From Eubacteriales bacterium (lineage in GTDB: Bacteria > Bacillota > Clostridia > Oscillospirales > Oscillospiraceae): a stretch of DNA of 64,000 nucleotides. Numbering within the stretch: the first letter of the stretch is position 1; the number at the start of each line of letters is the position of its first letter. This document shows positions 8,562 through 18,080 of this stretch, piece by piece. The position numbers and the translations under genes were made by a program. Location of the stretch: positions 2,097-66,096 of the forward strand of contig JAUNND010000002.1 in assembly GCA_030531595.1 (NCBI GenBank), in the 5' to 3' direction. The notes below the pieces were generated by a model. The model worked only from the letters and a program-made list of their open reading frames with translations. It searched no databases and had not been told where the DNA came from.

Positions 8562-9059
8562 ATGATAGCCGACATTATTACGATAAGCCGAATACTGTTT
8601 TCCGTGCTGCTGCTTTTCTTCCCGCCGTCTTCTTCCGCTTTTGCCCTGTGCTATCTTTTATGCGGCGCTACCGATGTGCTGGATGGGTTTGCCGCGAGAA
8701 AGCTCCAAACGGAAAGCGAAAAAGGTGCGATGCTCGACAGTGCGGCCGATCTGTTTTTTGCCGTCATCTATGCCGTTAGAATACTGCCGCTTCTGTCTGT
8801 CCCGTTATGGATATGGATCTGGACGGCAATAATCACAGTAATAAAAGTTATAGGTATTATGATCGTAAGCAAGAAAACACACGGATTATTGATCGAACAT
8901 TCCTTCGGAAACAAGCTTACGGGGCTTTTGCTGTTTTTTCTGCCGTTGTCGACTTACTTGACAGATGTGAAATACGGAGCAATAATTGTATGCGTGATTG
9001 CGACGTTGACAGCGATCAAAGAAACAATCAATTATTGGGGAGAAAAAAATGCCGTTTGA
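8562..9059 (+). CDS. CDP-alcohol phosphatidyltransferase family protein
   Basis: A 165-aa multi-TM ORF. It carries the family motif D-x2-DG-x2-AR...G-x3-D-x3-D (TDVLDGFAARKL...GAMLDSAADLF). Confidence 0.75.
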   Translation: MIADIITISRILFSVLLLFFPPSSSAFALCYLLCGATDVLDGFAARKLQTESEKGAMLDSAADLFFAVIYAVRILPLLSVPLWIWIWTAIITVIKVIGIMIVSKKTHGLLIEHSFGNKLTGLLLFFLPLSTYLTDVKYGAIIVCVIATLTAIKETINYWGEKNAV

Positions 9060-9681
9060 TTTTAAAAAAGAATACAAAGAGTTTTATATGCCGAAGAATA
9101 AGCCGGAGATCGTCAATGTACCGTCGGCAAATTATATTGCCGTGCGCGGAAATGGCGATCCCAACGAGGAGGACGGCGAATATAAAAAAGCCATCGCCGT
9201 TTTGTACGCTGTTGCCTATACGCTGAAAATGAGCTATAAGACTGATCACCATATCGAGGGCTTTTTCGATTATGTCGTACCGCCGCTGGAGGGCTTCTGG
9301 TGGCAGGAGGGTGTGGACGGCGTCGATTATTCTGATAAAAGCACATTTCGCTGGATAAGCGTTATCCGCCTTCCCGATTTTATCACAAAAGCGGATTTTG
9401 CCTGGGCGGTCGAGACTGCTGAAAAGAAGAAAAAGCTTGACTGCTCGAAAGCGGAGTTTATGACGATAGACGAGGGACTTTGCGTGCAGATGATGCACAT
9501 AGGTGCGTTTGACAACGAACCGGTCAGCGTTGCGATAATGAATAAGTATCTGGAAGATAACGGCTATGCAAATGACTTTTCTGATATAAGACGCCACCAT
9601 GAAATATATCTTTCCGATGCGAGAAAAATCGCGTCGGAGAAATGGAAAACCGTCATCCGCCATCCGATCAGAATAAGGTAA
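9049..9681 (+). CDS. GyrI-like small-molecule-binding domain protein
   Basis: A 210-aa ORF with a GGGGAG SD. The N-terminus FDFKKEYKEFYMPKNKPEIVNVPSANYIAVRGNGDPN is typical of GyrI-like/SOUL-type effector-binding proteins. Confidence 0.55.
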   Translation: MPFDFKKEYKEFYMPKNKPEIVNVPSANYIAVRGNGDPNEEDGEYKKAIAVLYAVAYTLKMSYKTDHHIEGFFDYVVPPLEGFWWQEGVDGVDYSDKSTFRWISVIRLPDFITKADFAWAVETAEKKKKLDCSKAEFMTIDEGLCVQMMHIGAFDNEPVSVAIMNKYLEDNGYANDFSDIRRHHEIYLSDARKIASEKWKTVIRHPIRIR

Positions 9682-9839
9682 ACGATGAAAAGCAGATACC
9701 GGAGCGATGATGCCGCTGCCGACCGGTGAAGCGCATTATAAAAATTTTTTAAAAAAGTATTTTCTTTTCCGACGTTTTGTGTTATGTTAACTATATGAAT
9801 AATACGCTCAGACATGGCATAAGGATGAACAGAGGAATT

Positions 9840-10727
9840 ATGAAAATGATGAAAAAAAGACTTTCCGTTTTTTTGTTAATACTGCTTCTCGTCGCATCCG
9901 GTACTTCGGCGTGGGGCGACAGCATACAGTGCCGTGCTGTGATTGCCTCCGACCTTACGCCGGAGCAGGTGACGCAGATGTATCAGACCTTCGGCGTTCA
10001 GCAGGGGAGCATACCCGAGCTTACTCTTACCAACGCCGAGGAGCGCGGCTATCTGGAGGGCTATGTGGCCTCATCCGTGATCGGTACAAAATCCATCTCC
10101 TGTGTGTATGTCCAGCTTATGCCCGAGGGGAGCGGGATGAATGTCACCACGAACAATATAACATGGTGCACATCCGAAATGTATACGGGTGCTCTGGCAA
10201 CAGCAGGTATAACCGATGCCGTCATCAAGGTCGCCGCACCCTTCCCCGTGAGTGGCACGGCGGCATTAGCCGGCATTTACAAGGCCTACGAGGATATGGC
10301 AGGGGAGGAGCTGGACGCCATTGCCAAAGACGTCGGTACGCAGGAGCTGACGGTCACGGGTGAGCTTGCAGAGGAAATCGGCAGCACTGATTCCGCCTCA
10401 ATTGTATCGGAGCTTAAATCAATGCTCAATGAGACCGCTCAGATGAGTGATGAACAGCTTCGCACGGAGATCACCTCTCTTGCACAGCGCTATAAGGTAA
10501 GGCTTACCGATACGCAGGTAAACCAGCTTATCAATCTCTGCCGTTCGCTTGAAAAACTCGATACAAACGGTCTGAAAACCCGCGTCGGGGATGTACAAAG
10601 CACTATCAGCAAGGTGGGTGAGGCCAAGGAAGAGGTCGAAGGCTTTATTTCAACGATAAAGGGTATTATTGAGTCACTGCAGGGGATCGTTGAAAGGCTT
10701 CAGTCTCTGCTTGACAGATTTTCGTAA
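9840..10727 (+). CDS. Secreted DUF1002-family protein
   Basis: The track ORF starts at 9777. I prefer ATG 9840 (MKMMKKRLSVFLLILLLVASGTSAWG signal peptide), which has an AGAGG SD. The core (SISCVYVQL...ITWCTSEMYTGALATAGI) resembles DUF1002. Confidence 0.55.
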   Translation: MKMMKKRLSVFLLILLLVASGTSAWGDSIQCRAVIASDLTPEQVTQMYQTFGVQQGSIPELTLTNAEERGYLEGYVASSVIGTKSISCVYVQLMPEGSGMNVTTNNITWCTSEMYTGALATAGITDAVIKVAAPFPVSGTAALAGIYKAYEDMAGEELDAIAKDVGTQELTVTGELAEEIGSTDSASIVSELKSMLNETAQMSDEQLRTEITSLAQRYKVRLTDTQVNQLINLCRSLEKLDTNGLKTRVGDVQSTISKVGEAKEEVEGFISTIKGIIESLQGIVERLQSLLDRFS

Positions 10728-10795
10728 TTGCTTGACGGAAAATAAAACAGGATATATAATAGCCCTCGTTTAATGAAATCAACGAGGGCTTATCT

Positions 10796-11713
10796 ATGAC
10801 TTTGACAAAGCATACAAAGGCGATCCTTGCCGCTTTAGGCGTATATTTTATCTGGGGCTTTACTTTCCTTGCATCCTCTGTCGCCCAGCGCAGCGCTTCC
10901 CCTATGGTACTGCTGATGTACAGATTTGATATCGCCTCGATCCTTTTGCTACTGCCGGTTCTGGTCGGCAGAAAGTCGATCCGATTGAAAGGAAAAAAGC
11001 TTTTACCGCTGCTCATGATGGGCGTATGTGAACCGGTCATATATTTTATCGGTGAGCAGTACGGCATAAAATATACGAACTCCTCCTTTGCCGGAATATG
11101 CATTTCCGTTATTCCGCTTGTCACTATGTTTATGGCGGCCATTTTCCTTAAAGAAAAGCCGCAGCCGATCCAATGGCTTTTCAGCATCGTGAGTATAGGC
11201 GGAGTCATAGCAATAAGCATTTTTACCTCTGAGGCGGGAGGAAGCATTACGGCAAAGGGCGTATTATGGCTTGTTCTCGCAATTGTAACGGCTGCCGCTT
11301 ATGTTATATTAAATCGCGTATCCTCTTCCGGCAGCTTCACGGTATTTGAGCGCACTGTAATTATTCAGATCGAAGGAGCCGTCTTTTTCACGGTATCGGC
11401 TCTTTTTGAAAATATAAACGATCTTCGCTCACTTATAGTGCCGTGTACTCAGCCGAGCTTTTTCGTGGCAGTTTTGTACCTTGCGCTTTTCGCATCAGTT
11501 ATCGGATATACCCTGCAGAACTACGCCCTCGACAACGCGCCGGTCGCAAATATCACAACGCTTAATGCGCTTGTTACGGTCATTTCCGTTATCGCCGGTG
11601 TTGTCATACTCCATGAGCCATTTTCGATCAAGGCGGCTGTGGCAATGGTCGTTGTGCTCGCTGGTATATGGGGCGTGCAGAGATTTACACCTGAACAGCT
11701 GAAAAAGACCTGA
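10796..11713 (+). CDS. DMT superfamily transporter (EamA-like)
   Basis: A 305-aa ORF with about 10 predicted TM helices in two EamA-like halves. Confidence 0.7.
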   Translation: MTLTKHTKAILAALGVYFIWGFTFLASSVAQRSASPMVLLMYRFDIASILLLLPVLVGRKSIRLKGKKLLPLLMMGVCEPVIYFIGEQYGIKYTNSSFAGICISVIPLVTMFMAAIFLKEKPQPIQWLFSIVSIGGVIAISIFTSEAGGSITAKGVLWLVLAIVTAAAYVILNRVSSSGSFTVFERTVIIQIEGAVFFTVSALFENINDLRSLIVPCTQPSFFVAVLYLALFASVIGYTLQNYALDNAPVANITTLNALVTVISVIAGVVILHEPFSIKAAVAMVVVLAGIWGVQRFTPEQLKKT

Positions 11714-11731
11714 TCTTGGAGCGAATAAACT

Positions 11732-12742
11732 ATGAAAAAGAAGATACTCCTTATATATACGGGCGGGACTATCGGTATGCTGAGTACCGGTCGGGGTTAT
11801 GCCCCCTCAAAAGAGAGCTTTTATCGGCTCCTTGACAATATGCCTGAGCTCCACGCGGAAACAATGCCCGAATGGGACATCGTTGATATGGAGCCGCTTC
11901 TTGACTCGTCCAACATAACGGTCAACGAGTGGAACAAGATGGGGCGTATCATCCGTGATGCTTACGACCGATATGACGGCTTTGTCGTGCTCCACGGCAC
12001 GGATACGATGGCGTATACCGCCTCGGCACTTTCCTTTATGCTTGAAAACTGTGCAAAGGCCGTCATCCTGACCGGCTCGCAGATACCTCTGTGCGAAGTT
12101 AGAAATGACGCCCGTGATAATCTGATCACCGCAATGATGATCGCCGCCGAGGGGATCGTGCGGGAGGTCTGCCTTTATTTCGGAGGAAAGCTTCTGCGTG
12201 GAAACAGAGCGGTCAAGTATTCGGCCGATGAAATGATCGCCTTTGTCTCACCGAATTTTCCGAGTCTTGCGGACGCCGGCATAAGCATAAAATACCGCCC
12301 CAATATGCTCAGATCACCTGACGACGGGAAATTCAGCCTTCGTGAGCTTGTCAATACTCCCATCGGTGTTATCAAGGTCTTTCCGGGAATACAGTTCGAG
12401 CTTTTCGATTCCATCATGACAGAAAGACTCAGAGGGATCGTACTTGAGACCTTCGGAGCGGGCAATATTCCCGGGAACGGGGATGCACTCTTACCGATCA
12501 TTCGGAAAGCGTCCGCCAACGGAACGATCATGGTCGTCTGCTCCCAGTGCCCTCAGGGAACGGTCTCTCTCGGAACATATGAGACCTCGTCTCAACTGAA
12601 ATCGGCAGGTGCACTCAGCGGTCAGGATATCACGACCGAAGCGGCTGTTGCAAAGCTGTACTATCTTTTCAGCTGCGGTTATAACGGAGAAGAGATCAAA
12701 AAGCTTATGGGCGAGGATCTCAGAGGTGAAATAACGGTATAA
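11732..12742 (+). CDS. ansA: L-asparaginase, type I
   Basis: A 336-aa ORF. It has the N-terminal active-site motif ILLIYTGGTIGM and HGTDTM, typical of cytoplasmic asparaginase I. Confidence 0.85.
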   Translation: MKKKILLIYTGGTIGMLSTGRGYAPSKESFYRLLDNMPELHAETMPEWDIVDMEPLLDSSNITVNEWNKMGRIIRDAYDRYDGFVVLHGTDTMAYTASALSFMLENCAKAVILTGSQIPLCEVRNDARDNLITAMMIAAEGIVREVCLYFGGKLLRGNRAVKYSADEMIAFVSPNFPSLADAGISIKYRPNMLRSPDDGKFSLRELVNTPIGVIKVFPGIQFELFDSIMTERLRGIVLETFGAGNIPGNGDALLPIIRKASANGTIMVVCSQCPQGTVSLGTYETSSQLKSAGALSGQDITTEAAVAKLYYLFSCGYNGEEIKKLMGEDLRGEITV

Positions 12743-12796
12743 AAATCCCCCTCCGCGTGATGATGCGCTGAAATCATCAGACGGAGGGGAAAAATG
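12741..12796. terminator. Bidirectional intrinsic terminator between convergent ansA and the ygjV-like gene
   Basis: A long hairpin with outer stem CCCCTCCG/CGGAGGGG and inner stem TGATGAT/ATCATCA. It is flanked by an A-run on the left and a T-rich run on the right. Confidence 0.7.
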
Positions 12797-12798
12797 TT

Positions 12799-13308
12799 TT
12801 ATTGGGCTGCTTTTCTGTCCTTGATGATACCGAAAATGGATATGGTATTCGTCACGGCGGATGCTATATCGAAAGGTACGGTAGCATAATTCCGGATGGA
12901 AAAATCATAGACGGCCCACAGAAGCTGAGAAACGATCACGATGATCTTAAGCAGGAGCATATTTTCCGTGTCCATGAACCATGTGAAAACACAGGCGCCG
13001 ATCACCGGGAACCACATGATGATACTATCACAGCCGAAGTATGCAGTCAGACCGATCTGAAGAGCGATGAAAATGATCTTCCAAAGCTTTGTCATTTCAA
13101 ATTTCAGGCAAACAAAATTGCGCAGAAGTGTGACAAGATTGACGATCGCTCCCGATATCCCTCCGAGCGTGAGATTACCGACAATAAATACGGCGTTCAT
13201 CCCGCTCTGCGCAAGGATGAAACGACGCTTTTTTTTGATAAGACCCATCAGGGTCATAATGATGGAGGCGATAAAGCAGAGAGCATTTCCGATAAGTAAG
13301 GTATTCAT
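12799..13308 (-). CDS. YgjV-family inner membrane protein
   Basis: A 169-aa ORF with 5-6 TM helices, similar in size and pattern to the Imp-YgjV family. Confidence 0.5.
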   Translation of the reverse strand: MNTLLIGNALCFIASIIMTLMGLIKKKRRFILAQSGMNAVFIVGNLTLGGISGAIVNLVTLLRNFVCLKFEMTKLWKIIFIALQIGLTAYFGCDSIIMWFPVIGACVFTWFMDTENMLLLKIIVIVSQLLWAVYDFSIRNYATVPFDIASAVTNTISIFGIIKDRKAAQ

Positions 13309-13685
13309 TTACGGCTCCTTTCTTTGCAAAGGTCGATAAAACAGTTGAAAAGGGCTTTCATTTGATCGTCAGATAACAGGCTTCATTCGTGCCTCTGTGA
13401 ACTATATAATAAATTATACAACAATCTGTAAAAAAAGGAATACCAAATTTGAATGTTTTATGTTATATTGTTTTTGGGAGTTTTACCAAGCATGCTGTGA
13501 AAGCAATAGTATTCTGTCCGCAGATAACGGCATGAATGTATAGCGCGGCTCTTTATACGGCTGCGCCTGCTTCGGAGCTGATCATGTGTTCGAGGATATT
13601 GAAATCATGGAAAATGCACCAAAGCTTCCGAAGGCGGCGCTGAGATTACAGAGAAAAGGACTGACATTTTTCAGGAGGATAGCTT

Positions 13686-14585
13686 ATGCCTGCTGCAACC
13701 CACCAGATACTTGTAATATTCATCGCACTGGCCGCCGGTTTTGTCTGCCGCAAGCTAAAGGTCATAACCGAGGAGGGGACATCCACGCTCTCCGGAATAG
13801 TTGTAAAGGTGATACTGCCGTTTTATCTTTTCAACGCCATCGCAAGCTCAGATGCGGGGGTTGACGCATCGGGAGTCGGCATTGCGATCGCTCTTTCGGC
13901 GGCGATGTTTGCAGTCTGCGGACTTGTCGGGCTTATTTTTGTGACAGTTTTCAAGCCTTCAAAGGACGACAGGGGCGTATATATTTTTGAGCTGCTCTGC
14001 GCAAATGTTACATACATCGGTATTCCCGTCTGCGGTGCGGTCTTCGGAAGCAATGCCGCGTTTTATGCCTCGCTTCTCAATATTCCCTATAATCTCGTAT
14101 GTTTCTCGTTGGGAATTTATATCCTCAGCGGTAAGCTCTCATTCAAAACGGCACTCAATCCCGCCTTCCTTTCCGGAGTTTTAGGCAGCCTTTTCTTTAT
14201 TTTCAAAATTCCTCTGCCCTCTGTCGTGTCCGATGCCTGTGCATTTATCGGTCAGGCCACATCGCCGTGTGCCATGCTTGTCGTGGGCTCGGTTCTGGGC
14301 AGCGTTGCGATCAGAGATGTGTTCGGCCAGTGGCGTGCGATACCGTATACGGTTATTCGTCTTTTCGGAACGGCGGCACTTGTCCTGCTTCTGACAAAGC
14401 CGCTCAACATTGACCCGACACTTCGCGGTGTGCTTGTGCTGATGGCCGCCATGCCTGCTGCGACAAATTCGACCATGCTCTGCTCCATCTACGGAGGCAG
14501 CAGGGAGCTTTCCGCAAAGCTCATATTTATCTCCACGGCGCTTTCCGTAATAAGCATCCCGCTCTGGGCGTCTTTCTTCAATTAA
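13686..14585 (+). CDS. AEC (auxin efflux carrier) family transporter
   Basis: A 299-aa polytopic membrane ORF with a CAGGAGG SD. Its composition and length are typical of Mem_trans/AEC permeases. Confidence 0.65.
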   Translation: MPAATHQILVIFIALAAGFVCRKLKVITEEGTSTLSGIVVKVILPFYLFNAIASSDAGVDASGVGIAIALSAAMFAVCGLVGLIFVTVFKPSKDDRGVYIFELLCANVTYIGIPVCGAVFGSNAAFYASLLNIPYNLVCFSLGIYILSGKLSFKTALNPAFLSGVLGSLFFIFKIPLPSVVSDACAFIGQATSPCAMLVVGSVLGSVAIRDVFGQWRAIPYTVIRLFGTAALVLLLTKPLNIDPTLRGVLVLMAAMPAATNSTMLCSIYGGSRELSAKLIFISTALSVISIPLWASFFN

Positions 14586-14612
14586 AAGCGGAGCAGTACA
14601 TTGTAAACAGAG

Positions 14613-15974
14613 TTGTCTGATCCCCTCAAAAATCTGATGGAGTATAATCTAAACAGACGGGGAGAAGAAAACGTAATAATTCATTCTCAACAGGTGGTGT
14701 TCAAAATAGAAATCCAAAATATTCTGATATTTCCGGCCGGAACAGAAATTGGTCTGGAAATCCATAATGCCTTAAAGTATTCCAAATTTGTCAAATTATT
14801 TGGAGCAAACAGTATTCCTGCCCATGAAGAGTTCGTCTTTGAAAACTATATCCCTGAGCCTGCCCCTTTTGCCGATTCATCGGAGCTTGTGCCGTATCTG
14901 AACAGGATCATCGATGAGCACCGGATAGACTGGATCTATCCCGCCCATGATTCGGTTTTGCTGGCTCTTGCCGAACAGCGTGAGAAATTACACTGTCCCG
15001 TAATTGCACCGGCAACAAAAACGGTTCAGATATGCAGAGATAAAAACAAAACCTATGATTTCTTCAACGGACAGTGGTATATCACCAATTACTATAAATC
15101 CGCCGATGAAGTACCGCATTACCCGGTTTTTATCAAGCCAACCATCGGACAGGGAGCAACGGATGCAAGACGGATTGATGACAGGGCGCATCTTGAAGAG
15201 GCCATAGCATCAGGCACAGAGTATGCGATCTGCGAGTTCCTGCCCGGAAATGAGTATACCATCGACTGCTTCACGGACAAGGACAGGAAGCTGATATTTG
15301 CCAATTTCCGTATGAGAGACGTCATAACCTCCGGAATTGCGGTCCAGTCCCATCCGATGCCGGTTGATGAAGAAGTCCGGAGAATAGCGGAAGATATAAA
15401 CGAAAAGCTGGAATTTAAGGGCTCATGGTTTTTCCAGCTGAAGAAAAATACAAGGGGGGAGTACAAGCTTCTTGAAATAGCTCCCCGAATTGCAGGAACG
15501 ACTACCGTAACACGCAATCTTGGTGTTAACCTTGAAATGCTGACCGTCTTCACCTTCTGCGGCTATGACGTTGAAATACTCAATAACGGCAATAAGGAAG
15601 TTATGAGCCGCTCTTTTGGCTGCTGCTTCAAGACAGACATAGTATATGATACTGTTTATCTTAACTTCGAAGACACACTTATTGTGCACGGAAAGGTAAA
15701 TGCGGAGCTTATCCGGTTTTTATATCAGGCAAGAGAGAAAGGAAAAAAGATATTATTGTTCAAACCCCAAACGGTCGAGCTTGACGATTATTGTATTTCC
15801 GAAAGACTGTTTGAAAAAATCCTGGATGACAGCTTTGAAACAAAAGCTATGTGTGTGACAAGTGACGGAATATATATTGATGAATCTTTCAGAGCTCGTA
15901 AGTATTTCCATGAAAAAGGAGTAGCTGTATTTGAACTCAGTATGGTGGAGAGCCTGATTGATCATCGAATGTGA
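14613..15974 (+). CDS. ATP-grasp domain protein with a HAD-like C-terminal extension
   Basis: A 453-aa ORF. The central region (YPVFIKPTIGQGATDARRI...FFQLKK...LLEIAPRIAGTT) looks like an ATP-grasp fold. The start codon is uncertain (TTG 14613 or ATG 14638). The gene looks more AT-rich than its neighbours by eye. Confidence 0.6.
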   Translation: MSDPLKNLMEYNLNRRGEENVIIHSQQVVFKIEIQNILIFPAGTEIGLEIHNALKYSKFVKLFGANSIPAHEEFVFENYIPEPAPFADSSELVPYLNRIIDEHRIDWIYPAHDSVLLALAEQREKLHCPVIAPATKTVQICRDKNKTYDFFNGQWYITNYYKSADEVPHYPVFIKPTIGQGATDARRIDDRAHLEEAIASGTEYAICEFLPGNEYTIDCFTDKDRKLIFANFRMRDVITSGIAVQSHPMPVDEEVRRIAEDINEKLEFKGSWFFQLKKNTRGEYKLLEIAPRIAGTTTVTRNLGVNLEMLTVFTFCGYDVEILNNGNKEVMSRSFGCCFKTDIVYDTVYLNFEDTLIVHGKVNAELIRFLYQAREKGKKILLFKPQTVELDDYCISERLFEKILDDSFETKAMCVTSDGIYIDESFRARKYFHEKGVAVFELSMVESLIDHRM

Positions 15975-16187
15975 GCGTCATGGCAGCCTGCGCTTCCGAT
16001 CCGGCTGCGCCTGACATTCACGCTTCACAGATAATTGGATCACAAATAAACAGGAAAGATATCTGTTATTGCTGAATTAACCGTCGTTTACCTTAATTAA
16101 GGTTATTTCGGAATTATTGACACATTTACGGATATATGATAGATTAAACACATTCATAAAACAAAAAACAAAAAGGAGAACAAGCAA

Positions 16188-17111
16188 ATGATCAATTTCG
16201 GACTTCTGACTGCGATCCTCGACGGCTGGAGCTTTGAAGAAGCTGTTGATATTGCCGCTGATTTGGGCTTTAAGTGCCTTGAGGTCGCCTGCTGGCCGGC
16301 CGGTAAGGCGGAGCGCCGCTACGCGGGAGTATCTCATATCGACTGCGAGAGAGTATGTGAGGATGACGCATATGCCAAGTACGTAAATGACTATGTACAC
16401 GCTAAAGGCATGACGATATCCTCCCTCGCGTTTTACCCCAACACCATGGACGCGGATCTTGCAAAGCGCAATGCAGCCATCGAGCACCTTAAAGCCGTTA
16501 TCCGTGCCTCCGGCAAATTAGGTGTCGGTATGGTGACGACCTTTATCGGACGCGATCAGCATAAGACGGTCGATGAAAATATCGAGCTGTTTAAGGAAAT
16601 CTGGCCCGGACTTATCGCTCTTGCCGAGGAGAATAACGTCAAGATCGCCATCGAAAACTGCCCGATGCTTTTCGGTAAGGATCAGTGGCCGGGCGGTCAG
16701 AACCTCATGTGCACTCCCGCCATTTTCCGCAGACTCTTTGAGATCATTCCTTCCCCCAATTTCGGCATCAACTTTGACCCCAGCCACTATGTCTGGCAGC
16801 AGATGGACTACATAAAGACTGTGCACGACTTTAAGGACAGAATTTTCCACGTCCATTTCAAGGATATAAAGCTCTATCCCGAAAAGCTCGCAGAGGTCGG
16901 CGTTTTGGCTTACCCGCTTGAATATATGTCTCCCAAGATCCCGGGACTCGGAGATGTGAACTGGTCGGCGTTCGTCTCCGCGCTCAACGACATCCGCTAT
17001 AACGGCGACGCCGTCATCGAGGTCGAGGACAAGGCGTTTGAATCCTGCCGTGAGGATATTCTCAAGTCCATCAGGCTCTCCAAGCGTTATCTTGACAATT
17101 TCATAATGTAA
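16188..17111 (+). CDS. Sugar phosphate isomerase/epimerase (xylose isomerase-like TIM barrel)
   Basis: A 307-aa ORF with an AAAAGGAG SD and an AP_endonuc_2-like pattern (IAIENCP...FDPSH...HVHFKD...IEVED). Confidence 0.75.
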   Translation: MINFGLLTAILDGWSFEEAVDIAADLGFKCLEVACWPAGKAERRYAGVSHIDCERVCEDDAYAKYVNDYVHAKGMTISSLAFYPNTMDADLAKRNAAIEHLKAVIRASGKLGVGMVTTFIGRDQHKTVDENIELFKEIWPGLIALAEENNVKIAIENCPMLFGKDQWPGGQNLMCTPAIFRRLFEIIPSPNFGINFDPSHYVWQQMDYIKTVHDFKDRIFHVHFKDIKLYPEKLAEVGVLAYPLEYMSPKIPGLGDVNWSAFVSALNDIRYNGDAVIEVEDKAFESCREDILKSIRLSKRYLDNFIM

Positions 17112-17118
17112 AAATCAG

Positions 17119-17147
17119 CAGAGTGTCGTTATCCGGCACTCTGTTTT
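17119..17147 (+). terminator. Intrinsic terminator
   Basis: CAGAGTGTCG-loop-CCGGCACTCTG followed by TTTT. The arms are nearly identical to those of the rpoC terminator at 31567-31599. Confidence 0.75.
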
Positions 17148-17163
17148 GAAACAGGGGAGAGAT

Positions 17164-17844
17164 ATGTTTACAAAATCGCTTAAAGATATTGATACGATGG
17201 TAGTCCTTGATACGGAAACTACCGGAATTTCTTACAAAAACGATGAAATAATCGAGCTTGCGGCGGTGAAGCTTGAAAGAATAAACGGCGAAATGACCGT
17301 GACGGACAGCATGGACGATTTCATTTTGCTCTCAGAGGGTCGGAAATTGCCGGAGGAGATAGTAAAGCTCACCGGCATTACGGAGAAGATGCTCCTTGAC
17401 GGCGGAAAAAGCAAAAGGGAAGTGGCTGAGCGTTTTACGGAAATGATAAGCAGGCCAAATACGCTGACCGTTGCCTATAACGCCCAGTTTGACATGAATT
17501 TCCTTTATTGGTTTCTTAAACGTGAGGGACTGGCAGAGGCGCTTAAAAACACCGTGATGCTCGACGCTATGACGGTATATAAGGACCGCAGACCCTACCC
17601 GCACAAGCTGTGCAGCGCGATAGACGCATACGGCCTTAAAACACAGAACACCCACCGCGCCATCGACGACGCACAGGCGACCTTAGAGCTGATGTGCGCG
17701 ATGGAAGACGAGTGTGCCGACCTTGACAGATACATAAATCTTTTCGGCTATTCTCCGAAATGGGGCGTATCGGGAAGCAGGATCGGTTCCGTAACATATA
17801 AGCCGCAGCATTCATATCCCGCACCGAAGCTGTATGATTGTTGA
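17164..17844 (+). CDS. 3'-5' exonuclease (DEDDh, DNA polymerase III epsilon-like)
   Basis: Exo I VVLDTETTG, Exo II (AYNAQFDMNFL) and Exo III HRAIDDAQAT are present. I prefer ATG 17164 (GGGGAGAG SD) over the TTG at 17146. Confidence 0.8.
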   Translation: MFTKSLKDIDTMVVLDTETTGISYKNDEIIELAAVKLERINGEMTVTDSMDDFILLSEGRKLPEEIVKLTGITEKMLLDGGKSKREVAERFTEMISRPNTLTVAYNAQFDMNFLYWFLKREGLAEALKNTVMLDAMTVYKDRRPYPHKLCSAIDAYGLKTQNTHRAIDDAQATLELMCAMEDECADLDRYINLFGYSPKWGVSGSRIGSVTYKPQHSYPAPKLYDC

Positions 17845-18080
17845 AATTGTACCATGCCGCGCTGACAATTACTTATTGCATTGACATTTTGCACAGAAAC
17901 ACCTTGCTCAAAGTCTTTATGTGAAAAGGTGTTTTTGGTTAAAAGCGAGAATGTTTTTTCATTGAACCGTAATTGATTGACAAGAAAAAAGAGCGATATA
18001 TAATATAAAAGGTTAAACGGATCGAAAGACCCACAATTATCAGCTGATTTATTTTTTTAATATTTGAAAGGGGTATTACC

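Noticed and set aside
13440-13685. A riboswitch in the AEC transporter leader. CUGAGA suggested TPP, and CUUCGGAGCUGAU suggested a fluoride/crcB-like motif.
   Set aside because: The partner conserved segments are absent: there is no ACCUGAUC/GGGG for TPP, and no GAUGG...CCUAC for crcB. The matches are isolated short strings.
17990-18010. A CcpA cre site upstream of pckA (TGAACCGTAATTGA).
   Set aside because: It does not align to TGNAANCGNWNNCA without shifting the central CG.
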